Below, piece by piece: positions 43,736 to 52,815 of a DNA stretch of 64,000 bases. A model generated the notes under the pieces. That model worked only from the letters and a program-made list of their open reading frames with translations, was not told the origin of the DNA and ran no database searches. Numbering within the stretch: the first letter of the stretch is position 1; each line of letters opens with the position of its first letter. The position numbers and the translations under genes were made by a program. Source of the DNA: Candidatus Magasanikiibacteriota bacterium (GTDB lineage: Bacteria > Patescibacteriota > Patescibacteriia > Magasanikbacterales > UBA922); assembly GCA_903837125.1 (NCBI GenBank), contig CAILTG010000025.1:1340-65339 (forward strand), read 5' to 3'.

Positions 43736-44626
43736 ATGAAAAATTATAATATTCAATCACTCATGCCTGCCAAAGATTATGAATTGTTGGACAGCGGAGA
43801 AAATGAAAAATTAGAGAGATTTGGTAATTATGTTGTGTCTCGTCCAGATCCACAGGCCTTGTGGCCAAAAAGTTTAAATGCCAAAGACTGGCAAAACGTG
43901 GACGCAACTTATGTTAGAGAAAGTAAAGGTGCTGAATGGCAGGTAAGAAATCCAAATTTACCAAAAGTTTGGTCAATTGAATTGGGTGGCTTAAAATTTA
44001 ATATCCGTTTATCATCTTTTAAACATACAGGAATTTTTCCAGAACAAGCGGGGAATTGGGGATGGCTTCAAGACAAGATTAAAAGAGAAAAGGATAGAGG
44101 AAATACAAATGTTAATGTGTTAAATTTATTCGGCTACACCGGAGGGGCGAGTTTGGCTTGTGCTAAGGCGGGGGCGGAAGTTTGTCATGTGGACGGTTCA
44201 AAAGTGGCAATTTCCTGGGCCAGAGAAAATGCCAAATTATCTGGCTTGGAAGATAAACCTATTAGATGGATTTTGGATGATGCGGTTAAATTTGTTCGTC
44301 GTGAAATTAAGCGCGGGAGAAAATATGATGGTATTATTATGGATCCGCCAGCTTTCGGCCATGGCCCAGAAGGTGAAATGTGGAAGATAGAAGAAAATTT
44401 TTTAGAATTTTTGGATTTATGTAAACAAGTTTTATCGCCAAACCCATTATTTTTTTTAATTAATGGTTATGCTTCTGGTTATTCAGCGATTGCTTATGAA
44501 AATAATTTAAAAGATTTAATGAAAGATTTTAAAGGCGAAGTTGAGATTGGGGAATTGACGATTGTGGAAAAAGGCGGAGAAAGAATGTTGCCGTGTGGGA
44601 TTTTTGCGAGGTGGAGTAGTATTTAA
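43736..44626 (+). CDS. Class I SAM-dependent RNA methyltransferase (short RlmI/YwbD-like)
   Basis: LNLFGYTGGASLACAKAGA (motif I), IIMDPPAF (motif IV). Confidence 0.7.
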   Translation: MKNYNIQSLMPAKDYELLDSGENEKLERFGNYVVSRPDPQALWPKSLNAKDWQNVDATYVRESKGAEWQVRNPNLPKVWSIELGGLKFNIRLSSFKHTGIFPEQAGNWGWLQDKIKREKDRGNTNVNVLNLFGYTGGASLACAKAGAEVCHVDGSKVAISWARENAKLSGLEDKPIRWILDDAVKFVRREIKRGRKYDGIIMDPPAFGHGPEGEMWKIEENFLEFLDLCKQVLSPNPLFFLINGYASGYSAIAYENNLKDLMKDFKGEVEIGELTIVEKGGERMLPCGIFARWSSI

Positions 44627-44649
44627 TTATTAAGTTCTAGAATAATATT

Positions 44650-45351
44650 TTGCTTATGATGCCACGTGTATTATATGAAGACAATCATTTAATCGCGGTT
44701 TTTAAACCAGCGGGAATTTTGACGCAAGGAGATGAAACCGGTGATAAGTGTTTAATGGATGAAGTAAAAGAATATTTAAAAGAAAAATATCATAAGCCGG
44801 GTAATGTTTTTTTGGGTTTGTTGCATCGGTTAGATAGACCAGTTTCGGGAATTATTTTGTTTGCTAAAACTTCCAAAGGCGCTTCTAGATTGTCCGAGCA
44901 AATTAGAAGTCACAAGCTAATAAAGATTTATCAGGCCTTGGTTGAAGGTTGTCCAAAAGAAAAAAAAGATATTTTGATAAATTATTTAAAAAAAGATAAA
45001 GAAAAAAATTTTGTTGAAGTGTTTGATGAAGAAGAGTTTAGACCGTTGGATTTGGTTGGCAGTAAAAAAGAAAGTAATGAAAGTGATTTGCAATATGCAG
45101 AATTGAGTTATGAAGTTATTAAATCAAACAATAAAACTTCGTTAATAAAAATAATTTTAAAAACTGGACGATCACATCAAATCCGTGCACAATTATCTCA
45201 TCTTGGGCAGCCAATTGTTGGCGATATTAAGTACGGAAGTAAACAAAAATATCAGCAGGGTGAAATCGCTTTGTGTGCTACTAATTTAATATTCAAAACC
45301 GCTACTACGGGCCAAGAAATTGATCTTAAAATTGAACCAAATTTTGGTTAA
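44650..45351 (+). CDS. RluA-family pseudouridine synthase
   Basis: HRLDRPVSGIILFAKT catalytic motif; KTGRSHQIRAQL. Confidence 0.75.
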   Translation: MLMMPRVLYEDNHLIAVFKPAGILTQGDETGDKCLMDEVKEYLKEKYHKPGNVFLGLLHRLDRPVSGIILFAKTSKGASRLSEQIRSHKLIKIYQALVEGCPKEKKDILINYLKKDKEKNFVEVFDEEEFRPLDLVGSKKESNESDLQYAELSYEVIKSNNKTSLIKIILKTGRSHQIRAQLSHLGQPIVGDIKYGSKQKYQQGEIALCATNLIFKTATTGQEIDLKIEPNFG

Positions 45352-45357
45352 TTATGT

Positions 45358-46701
45358 ATGCTTCAACAAATATTAGATTTACATATACATTCCAAATATT
45401 CCCGAGCCTGCTCGCCTCGCTTGGAGTTGTCAATAATTGCGGAAACATGCGCTATTCGCGGGGTGGATATTGTGGCGACCGGAGATTTTACTCATCCAAA
45501 ATGGTTTGAACATATTAAAGAAAGTTTAGTGGAGGAGAATGAAGGAGTTTATAAATTAAAAATTAAAGATACAAGAAACAAGATACAAACAATTACTAAT
45601 TACCGATTACCAATTACCAAATTTATTATTGGGACTGAACTAGCGGTGATTAAAAAACATAAAGAACAAACACGGCGGATTCACTTGAATGTTTTTGCGC
45701 CGAACTTGCAAGTGGCGGAAAAGTTTAATAAAAAGTTGGAGAATGATGGGTTTAATTTGCGCTCCGATGGACGGCCAATTTTGGGAATGACTGCCAAAGG
45801 ATTGTTGGAATATATTTTGGAAATTGATGAAAGAATGATTATGATTCCGGCTCATGCTTGGACGCCTTGGTTTGGTATTTTTGGTTCTAAAGGTGGTTAT
45901 GATTCACTTGAGGATGCGTTTGACGAACTGGCTCCACACATTTTTGCAATTGAAACTGGGTTGTCTTCCGATCCGTTAATGAATTGGCGATTGTCGGTAC
46001 TGGATAAAATTGCTTTGGTGTCTAATTCTGATGCTCACAGTTTAGAAAGAATTGGACGGGAAGCCAATGTTTTGGCCTTTGAGAATGAAAAAGATATTAC
46101 GTATAAAAATATTTTTGAAGTGATTAAAAATAGTGTCCGTGTAAACCCCGCAAACGTGGGGCATGTAGTAGGAAAATTTTTATATACAGTGGAAATGTAT
46201 CCTGAAGAAGGGCGGTATCATATTGATGGCCACAGAGATTGTAATTTTTCTTGCGATCCAAAAGAAACTAAAAAACTGAAAGGTATCTGTCCTAAATGTA
46301 AAAAGCCGTTGGTAATCGGCGTGATGAATAGAATTGAAGAATTGGCAGACAGAACAGAAGAAGAAACTAAAAAAGTAGTTAGGGTACCCTATAAAAGTTT
46401 GGTGCCTTTGCCAGAAATTATTGGTGATGCATTAGATGTTGGGGTGAAAACAAAAACTGTGAAAGTGGAATATGATAAATTGATTGAGAAGTATGGTACA
46501 GAATTTAATATTTTATTAAATATTTCTACGTTGGAGATTGGTCAAACTTCCCAAAAAATTATTGGCGAAGCTGTTGAACGGGTACGTCAGGGAAATATTT
46601 TTGTAAAGCCGGGGTATGATGGAGAGTATGGAGTAGCGAAGGTGTTTGGTAAAGGAGAGAAGAAGGGGCGTACAGAACAGGGAGTGTTGACATTGGGATA
46701 A
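45358..46701 (+). CDS. PHP-domain nuclease, endonuclease Q (EndoQ)-like, with Cys4 zinc ribbon
   Basis: N-terminal DLHIHSKYSRACSP...ATGDFTHPKW PHP metal-binding motifs; CPKCKK/C..C zinc ribbon around residues 290-320. Contains a low-complexity in-frame insert (KIKDTRNKIQTITNYRLPITKF) with repetitive DNA. Confidence 0.55.
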   Translation: MLQQILDLHIHSKYSRACSPRLELSIIAETCAIRGVDIVATGDFTHPKWFEHIKESLVEENEGVYKLKIKDTRNKIQTITNYRLPITKFIIGTELAVIKKHKEQTRRIHLNVFAPNLQVAEKFNKKLENDGFNLRSDGRPILGMTAKGLLEYILEIDERMIMIPAHAWTPWFGIFGSKGGYDSLEDAFDELAPHIFAIETGLSSDPLMNWRLSVLDKIALVSNSDAHSLERIGREANVLAFENEKDITYKNIFEVIKNSVRVNPANVGHVVGKFLYTVEMYPEEGRYHIDGHRDCNFSCDPKETKKLKGICPKCKKPLVIGVMNRIEELADRTEEETKKVVRVPYKSLVPLPEIIGDALDVGVKTKTVKVEYDKLIEKYGTEFNILLNISTLEIGQTSQKIIGEAVERVRQGNIFVKPGYDGEYGVAKVFGKGEKKGRTEQGVLTLG

Positions 46702-46717
46702 TTTTTTAAATAAAAAA

Positions 46718-46745
46718 ATATCCCTAAGTAGGGATATTTTTTTTA
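46718..46745 (+). terminator. Intrinsic terminator after the EndoQ-like gene
   Basis: ATATCCC-TAAGTA-GGGATAT hairpin followed by TTTTTTTT. Confidence 0.65.
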
Positions 46746-46931
46746 TGAACTTTACACGACAAGCATGCATGTAAAATTTGAATGGCTATCAATATTATAA
46801 ATAGTTTATTTTAATTTGCCAATAGCAGAGGGGTGTGTATAACTTTAGCCCACTAATCTTAACACTAATCCGACACGAATCTTGGGCTTGAAAAAAATAA
46901 ATTTATTTGATATAGTGGTTTTGCCAAACCT

Positions 46932-47003
46932 GCGTCTGTAGCTCAGTGGTAGAGCACCACCCTTATAAGGTGGCCGTCGATGGTTCGAATCCATCCAGAC
47001 GCA
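46932..47003 (+). tRNA. tRNA-Ile with anticodon UAU (reads AUA)
   Basis: Manual fold: acceptor GCGTCTG/CAGACGC, D-arm GCTC-AGTGGTA-GAGC, anticodon arm CCACC-CUUAUAA-GGTGG (34-36 = UAU), T-arm GATGG-TTCGAAT-CCATC, discriminator A. Confidence 0.75.
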
Positions 47004-47011
47004 CAGATTTT

Positions 47012-47083
47012 GTCCTCGTCGTTCAATGGATAGGATGCTAGCCTCCGAAGCTGGAAATGCGCGTTCGATTCGCGCCGAGGGCA
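47012..47083 (+). tRNA. tRNA-Arg (CCG)
   Basis: Acceptor GTCCTCG/CGAGGGC (one G-U), anticodon arm CTAGC-CUCCGAA-GCTGG (anticodon CCG), T-arm GCGCG-TTCGATT-CGCGC. Confidence 0.75.
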
Positions 47084-47142
47084 CAAATTTTAGATTATAG
47101 TAATTTAAGTTTTTATTAGTGGTTTTTTTGTAAAGAAATTGT

Positions 47143-47871
47143 ATGAATAAAGATATTAAAATTATTGCGGAAACTCCTGAATATTTAGTGTTGGAAAAAC
47201 CAGCTGGTATTTTGGTACATCCAACTTCGGCCAAGGAAACAGATACTTTAACAGAATGGTTATTGGAGAAATATCCAAAGATTATAAAAGTTGGTGATTC
47301 ACCAGAACGGCCAGGAATAGTTCATCGTTTAGATAAAGACGCTTCTGGACTTTTGGTGGTGGCTAAGACTCAGCCAATGTTTGAACATTTAAAAAAGCAA
47401 TTTCAAGAACGTTTAATTAACAAAGAATACTTGGTGCTGGTTTATGGCAAAATTAGTGCTGATGAAGGTAAAATTGATTTTGCTATTGATCGCGGTCCGG
47501 ATGGCCGTATGGTGTCGCGTCCTAAAACTGATCTTTTGAGTGTAGCTAAAGTGGGCAAAGAACAACCAGGCAAGTTGGCGTTGACTGAATTTTGGGTGGA
47601 GCAAAGATTTATTCGTTTCACTTATCTACGCGTAAAAATTCATACTGGCCGCACACATCAAATACGCGTACATATGTTTGCTTTTAATCATCCGGTAGTG
47701 GGAGATGAATTGTATTTGAACCGTAAGCTGGTAAAAAAGAATGAACAAAAATTGGGCCGATTATTTTTACATTCAACTAAATTGTGTTTTGCTGATTTGA
47801 AAGGCGAAGAAAAATGTTTTGAGAGTGAATTGCCAGAGAAGCTTAATAACTTTTTGAAAATATTAAAATAA
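47143..47871 (+). CDS. RluA/RluD-family pseudouridine synthase (second paralog)
   Basis: HRLDKDASGLLVVAKT catalytic motif; HTGRTHQIRVHM. Confidence 0.8.
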   Translation: MNKDIKIIAETPEYLVLEKPAGILVHPTSAKETDTLTEWLLEKYPKIIKVGDSPERPGIVHRLDKDASGLLVVAKTQPMFEHLKKQFQERLINKEYLVLVYGKISADEGKIDFAIDRGPDGRMVSRPKTDLLSVAKVGKEQPGKLALTEFWVEQRFIRFTYLRVKIHTGRTHQIRVHMFAFNHPVVGDELYLNRKLVKKNEQKLGRLFLHSTKLCFADLKGEEKCFESELPEKLNNFLKILK

Positions 47872-47875
47872 ATTT

Positions 47876-49312
47876 ATGAAGAGATATTTGATTCTATTGG
47901 CTTGTTTTCTTGTTTTTATTGGAGTTGGATGTAATTTAGAATCAAAAAATGTTGTTAAACAAAATAAGAATATTGAGGTTAAAATGGGGGAGGCTACTAG
48001 TACTGTTTCCACTACGGTTACAGCTACAATTATTGTTACAACAAGTACAGCAGAGGAAAAAAATGATGACAGTCAGTATTATAAAACAGAGTCAGGATAT
48101 TATGCTGGGGTTAGTGATGGGTATATTTGGAAAGACGGTAAAAAACTTACGGAAATCACTCTTGATTTTTACGAAAATGGCAATCAAGATCAAAATGAGT
48201 ACATATTAAAGGAACTAGATATTAAGGGGCAAAAGAATTTATATGTAGTAAAGGTTGGCGGTTGTGGGGGTTGTGCCTGGATGAGAAATTTTTATTTTCA
48301 GGTAAATCAGGATGGTTCTTTAACTTATCATAAATTTAAGACTACAGACTCACAATTGTATTTGGGTGATTTGGATGGATTATTTTCACCGGATAAATCA
48401 AAATTGGCTTTTGTAAGAGGTGGAGAAAAAATCGAGCCGGTTAAAGAGCTAGATTCAATTTGGATTTTTGATTTATTAACTGGTGAAGAAAAAGGAGTTG
48501 GTAAATTAAAAGATGGTAAGGTTTTGTTTAATTGTAAGGATAATGAAAATTTGGAATTTGGTCCAGACTGCGAGTGGAATCCAAATAAAATATCTTGGAA
48601 AGATAATCAAGAGCTGGTGGTTAAGGTTCCTACAGTACCACTTTCTAAATCAGAAATTGCCGAAGGAAGTTTTAGTAAATACTATGGAGTGTTTAGAGAT
48701 TTACTGCCACAAATTTCCAACTTGTGGATAGAGAAAATTTACAGTTTCGATTTTGATAATGATGGTATTAATGAATATATTGTTTTCTATAATGTACCCA
48801 TTCAAAAGAAAGTAGAAATTTTTGGGGAAACAATAACCAGTAATGGAGCCATAGCAGTTTTTAAATTAACAAATGATGAATGGAAAAAAGTGTACGAGGA
48901 CGAAGGGACTGTTGGCAAGGAAGGATATGGAGTATATAGTGAAATGGGTAATAATTCAGTAGCTTTTGTTGACATAGACCAGGATGGAAATAAAGAAATA
49001 GAGATTTCAACGTCACAGGATGGTAGTGGCCATTATGTTGATAGTTATATTTTAAAATGGAATGGAGAAAAAATTGCCAAAGCAGATTTTAAGGAAACAA
49101 AGACTAAAAAAGAATTAAAAGAGGAATTTTTAATGCCTGGTGAAGAGTTAGGCCCGGGGGATTTAAGTTATGATTCCATCTGTGGTAGTGAATCGGAGTA
49201 TGACTGTACTTATAGACAAGACGCTCCAGGTGCAGTGGGAAAAATTGTAAAAAACTATAAATATAAGAATGGATTGTTTGTAGTTGATTCTTATCAACGT
49301 GTAAATTATTAA
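47876..49312 (+). CDS. Secreted lipoprotein, hypothetical
   Basis: Signal peptide with lipobox LVFIGVGC; no assignable domain. Confidence 0.55.
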   Translation: MKRYLILLACFLVFIGVGCNLESKNVVKQNKNIEVKMGEATSTVSTTVTATIIVTTSTAEEKNDDSQYYKTESGYYAGVSDGYIWKDGKKLTEITLDFYENGNQDQNEYILKELDIKGQKNLYVVKVGGCGGCAWMRNFYFQVNQDGSLTYHKFKTTDSQLYLGDLDGLFSPDKSKLAFVRGGEKIEPVKELDSIWIFDLLTGEEKGVGKLKDGKVLFNCKDNENLEFGPDCEWNPNKISWKDNQELVVKVPTVPLSKSEIAEGSFSKYYGVFRDLLPQISNLWIEKIYSFDFDNDGINEYIVFYNVPIQKKVEIFGETITSNGAIAVFKLTNDEWKKVYEDEGTVGKEGYGVYSEMGNNSVAFVDIDQDGNKEIEISTSQDGSGHYVDSYILKWNGEKIAKADFKETKTKKELKEEFLMPGEELGPGDLSYDSICGSESEYDCTYRQDAPGAVGKIVKNYKYKNGLFVVDSYQRVNY

Positions 49313-49314
49313 AT

Positions 49315-49887
49315 ATGAGTATTGGTAAATTAGTTATTATTTCATCACCTTCTGGCGGCGGTAAAGATTCAGTAATTAACGCTTTGTTAAAAATTTTTGT
49401 TAATTCTGGAAGATTTATTACCACTACTTCACGTCCAACTAGGCCAGGAAATGTAAACGGGGTGGATTATTATTTTGTTAGTAAAGAAGAATTTGAACAA
49501 AAAATAAAAAATAACGAAATGCTGGAATATAATATTTATGCGGGAAATTATTATGGCACCGAGAAGCAAAAATTGGCTGAAGCTTTGGAAAAATATAATT
49601 TTATTTTTACACAAATAGAAGTAAATGGTAAACATAATTTAGATAAAATTGGCGTGGCTAATATTTCCATATTTTTATTGCCAGAAAATGAAGAAATTTT
49701 GCGTCGTCGCATTGAGCGGCGTGGTGGGCTTACTTCAGAGATCATTGCCGAGCGGATGCGGATTGCTAAAGAGGAGATAACTAAGTCCGAAGATTATGAT
49801 TTAAGAATAGTGAATGTAGATGGTAAATTTGAGGAGACAGTAGATAAAATTAAGGTTTTTTTGTTGAATATTGACAAAAAAGCTTAA
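49315..49887 (+). CDS. gmk: Guanylate kinase
   Basis: P-loop SSPSGGGKDS; TTTSRPTRPGNVNGVDYYFVSKEEF guanylate-kinase motif. Confidence 0.85.
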   Translation: MSIGKLVIISSPSGGGKDSVINALLKIFVNSGRFITTTSRPTRPGNVNGVDYYFVSKEEFEQKIKNNEMLEYNIYAGNYYGTEKQKLAEALEKYNFIFTQIEVNGKHNLDKIGVANISIFLLPENEEILRRRIERRGGLTSEIIAERMRIAKEEITKSEDYDLRIVNVDGKFEETVDKIKVFLLNIDKKA

Positions 49888-49969
49888 ATATTATAGAATA
49901 ATGCCACTTTAACATAACCGCGACGTTGGGCAGACATCAGCTTAACCTCTCCATAATTATATATAATAT

Positions 49970-50311
49970 ATGTCAGATGATATTAGAAATTCCATTAAAC
50001 CTGGAATGATTGTAAAAGTTCATCAGAAAATTAAAGAAACCAATACCAAAGGTGAAGAAAAGGAACGTATTCAGATTTTTGAGGGCATAGTTTTGGCAGT
50101 GAAACATGGCACAGAAATTGGGGCCACTTTTACTGTGAGAAAAACTTCTGAAGGTGTGGGTGTGGAAAAGATTTTTCCAATTGCCTCTCCAGTAGTAGCT
50201 AAAGTGGAATTGGTGCGTCAGATCAAAGTGAATCGGGCAAAACCAAATTATTTGCGTACTTACAAAAAAACTTTGAAGGAAGTAAAAAAAGAAGTTAAAG
50301 CTAAGAAATAA
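49970..50311 (+). CDS. rplS: 50S ribosomal protein L19
   Basis: [25 protein letters not shown]...[11 protein letters not shown] conserved L19 core. Confidence 0.9.
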   Translation: MSDDIRNSIKPGMIVKVHQKIKETNTKGEEKERIQIFEGIVLAVKHGTEIGATFTVRKTSEGVGVEKIFPIASPVVAKVELVRQIKVNRAKPNYLRTYKKTLKEVKKEVKAKK

Positions 50312-50353
50312 GCTCGTAAAGTTATTAAAGTTGAGAAATTTTTTAAGTAAAAA

Positions 50354-50388
50354 AGCCGTTTCGCATCTTGAGGAACGGCTTTTAAAAT
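50354..50388 (+). terminator. Hairpin AGCCGTT-N13-AACGGCT with short T-run after rplS
   Basis: 7-bp perfect stem; weak U-tract (TTTAAAAT). Confidence 0.4.
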
Positions 50389-50419
50389 AGTGAAAATTAT
50401 GATAATCTAATTTGGTAAT

Positions 50420-50504
50420 GGAGAGGTGTCAGAGTGGTCTAATGTGCGGCTCTCGAAAAGCCGTGTCCTGCAAAGGACCGTGGGTTCAAATCCCACCCTC
50501 TCCG
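50420..50504 (+). tRNA. tRNA-Ser (CGA)
   Basis: Acceptor GGAGAGG/CCTCTCC, anticodon arm CGGCT-CUCGAAA-AGCCG (anticodon CGA), long variable arm, T-arm GTGGG-TTCAAAT-CCCAC, discriminator G; 85 nt. Confidence 0.8.
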
Positions 50505-50660
50505 CCTTCGCCCGCCGTAGCTCCCAAGAGCGTAGGCGGGAACAGTGTTTATCAATAAAACATTGTTCAGCGAATTAAAACCTAGGGCTACGGCGGATGT
50601 AATCCGGTTAAAACTTACTTCGCCCACCTAAAGCTTCGGACGGGCAAACAAGGTCTGTAG
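50505..50660 (+). other. GC-enriched structured spacer/leader between tRNA-Ser and rlmD; candidate small ncRNA or cis-regulatory leader
   Basis: Local GC well above flanks; stem CCCGCC...GGCGGG; long-range complementarity CCGCCGTAGC (50511-50520) with GCTACGGCGG (50594-50603); hairpin GAACAGTGTT-N10-AACATTGTTC; direct repeat CTTCGCCCRCC twice. Confidence 0.3.
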
Positions 50661-50661
50661 T

Positions 50662-51936
50662 ATGAATATAAAAATAGAAAAATTAGTTTTTGGAGGGCAG
50701 GGTCTTGGTCGAGTAGATAACAAGGCAGTTTTTGTTTGGAATGCTTTACCAGGTGAAGAAGTAGAAGTTGAGTTAATTAAAGATAAACCAAATTTTGCCG
50801 AAGGCATTGCCAGAAAAATTATTAAAAAATCTTCAGATAGACTTGAGCCACAGGAGGATCATTATTTAGCATGTAGCCCTTGGCAAATTATTTCTTTTGT
50901 TAAAGAAAATGAGTGGAAGGTGGAAATTGCCAAAGAGACATTTAAAAAATTTGGTTCTTTTGAATGGCCAAAGTTGAATATTATTTCAGATAATAATGAA
51001 TTTGGCTATAGGAATAAAATGGAATATTCTTTTATTAAGTATGAGGGGAAAATTAGTTTGGCATTTTTTGAAAGAGAAAGTAGAAGACACATCCCAATCA
51101 AAATTTGTGAATTAGCTCGTCCTGAAATTAACAAAGTGGCGTTGGAATTGTTAGTCTGGATTAACAAAAATAATATTTCTTTAGATAGTTTAAAGTCTAT
51201 GATTGTGCGCTGTAATCAAAAAGGGGAAGTGATTGTCGGCTTATTTTTAAAAGATAGATTGCAATTTAAAAATTATCCGGAATTAAAAACCAATTTTATT
51301 GGTTTGAATATATTTTATTCTACTCAGCAAAGTCCAGTCTCGGTGCCAACAGCTGTTTTGTACAAAGTAGGGCAGGATTTTTTAGAGGAGGAATTGTTTG
51401 GGGTAAAATTATGTTATGGTTTATTTAGTTTTTTTCAAATTAATATACCAATTTTTAAAAAGGCTTTGGAAGATATAAAAAGATTTATTGATCCCGATGA
51501 TAATATTATTGATTATTATTCTGGTGTGGGAGCGATTGGTTTGTCCGTCTCAAATGTAGGGGCGAATTGCTATTCGTCCACGCTGATAGAAAGCAACCCG
51601 GAAGCAGTTGAATATGCCAAAATAAACATTAAATTAAATGGGTTAGTTAATTGTGAAGCAATTTGCGCGCCATCAGAAAAAATGGTAGATTTGATTGCAG
51701 CCGATAAAACAATAATTTTTGATCCTCCTAGAGCGGGATTGGATAAGAAAGTAATAGAAAGAGTAAATAAGACCAAGCCAGCCAAAATAATTTATTTATC
51801 TTGTGATTTGGCGACCCAGGCCAGAGATATTGGATTATTAAAAGAAAATTATAATATTAATTTTTTGAAATTGTATAATTTTTTCCCGCGTACAGCGCAT
51901 ATAGAAGGACTGGTAGTTCTGCAAATTAAAAAATAA
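50662..51936 (+). CDS. 23S rRNA (uracil-5-)-methyltransferase RlmD/RumA-family (TRAM plus MTase)
   Basis: N-terminal TRAM-like (VFGGQGLGRVDNKAVFVWNALPGEEVEV); MTase motifs DYYSGVGAIGLSV, FDPPRAG; catalytic Cys near LSCDLAT. Confidence 0.8.
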   Translation: MNIKIEKLVFGGQGLGRVDNKAVFVWNALPGEEVEVELIKDKPNFAEGIARKIIKKSSDRLEPQEDHYLACSPWQIISFVKENEWKVEIAKETFKKFGSFEWPKLNIISDNNEFGYRNKMEYSFIKYEGKISLAFFERESRRHIPIKICELARPEINKVALELLVWINKNNISLDSLKSMIVRCNQKGEVIVGLFLKDRLQFKNYPELKTNFIGLNIFYSTQQSPVSVPTAVLYKVGQDFLEEELFGVKLCYGLFSFFQINIPIFKKALEDIKRFIDPDDNIIDYYSGVGAIGLSVSNVGANCYSSTLIESNPEAVEYAKINIKLNGLVNCEAICAPSEKMVDLIAADKTIIFDPPRAGLDKKVIERVNKTKPAKIIYLSCDLATQARDIGLLKENYNINFLKLYNFFPRTAHIEGLVVLQIKK

Positions 51937-51957
51937 TAGAGTGAGCCTGAGATTGCC

Positions 51958-52815
51958 GTGTCGTCGTACCTCCTCCTCGCAATGACAGATTATATGTTAG
52001 GTGAATTTGTTTGTTTAAATGGAAAATTTATAAAAAATGAAGAAGCCAAAATCAGTATTGGTAGTCTTGAGTTTTCTTATGGTTTTGGAGTATATGAAAA
52101 TATTCGCCTTCGAAATGGTAGAGTATATTTTTTGAGTGAGCATTTAGAACGTTTGTTACATTCAGCTAAAATGATTGGTTTGATTCATCAGTTTTTTGTA
52201 GAGACAATTGTACAGTGGGTCAATGATACAATCGTTAAGAATGAAGTAAAATCGGCTAATATTAAAATGTTATTAATTGGTGGACAAGAGCCACAATTAT
52301 ACATTATGCTTTTAGCACCTCAATATCCGGATAAGAAGATTTATCGCGATGGTGTATTAGTTAACACTTATCAATTTGAACGTTTTTTACCACAAGCCAA
52401 AACTTTGAATATGTTGCCAAGTTATTTGGCTTATAGTGCAGCCAAAAAGGTTGGTGCTTATGATTCATTATTTATAGATAAAAAAGGCAAGGTGGCAGAG
52501 GGTACTAGGTCCAATTTTTTTGTCATAAAAAATAAAACTTTATATACTCCGTCAGTAGAAAAAGTGTTAGACGGTGTTACTCGTCGCACTGTTATTGATT
52601 GTGCTAAACAAAATGGTTATAAAGTAGCAGAAAAAGAAATTAAATTAAAAGATATTTTTAAATATGCTGGGGCGTTTTTGACGAATACGTCGGGTAAAAT
52701 AATACCAGTGCGAGGAATTATGAATTATGAATTAGGAATTAAGAATTTTGACGGAATTTGTGATGAATTGAAAAATTTAATTAAATTATATGATGAATAT
52801 TTGGATAATTTATGA
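51958..52815 (+). CDS. Class IV aminotransferase (branched-chain/D-amino-acid aminotransferase family)
   Basis: EGTRSNFFVIKNKTLYTP...DGVTRRTVID fold-type IV motifs; alternative in-frame start at 51982 (MTDYMLGEF). Confidence 0.7.
   Translation: MSSYLLLAMTDYMLGEFVCLNGKFIKNEEAKISIGSLEFSYGFGVYENIRLRNGRVYFLSEHLERLLHSAKMIGLIHQFFVETIVQWVNDTIVKNEVKSANIKMLLIGGQEPQLYIMLLAPQYPDKKIYRDGVLVNTYQFERFLPQAKTLNMLPSYLAYSAAKKVGAYDSLFIDKKGKVAEGTRSNFFVIKNKTLYTPSVEKVLDGVTRRTVIDCAKQNGYKVAEKEIKLKDIFKYAGAFLTNTSGKIIPVRGIMNYELGIKNFDGICDELKNLIKLYDEYLDNL

Noticed and set aside
46845-47234. 129-aa minus-strand ORF spanning the tRNA-Ile/tRNA-Arg pair
   Set aside because: Overlaps two well-folded tRNAs on the opposite strand; arbitrary sequence with no protein features.
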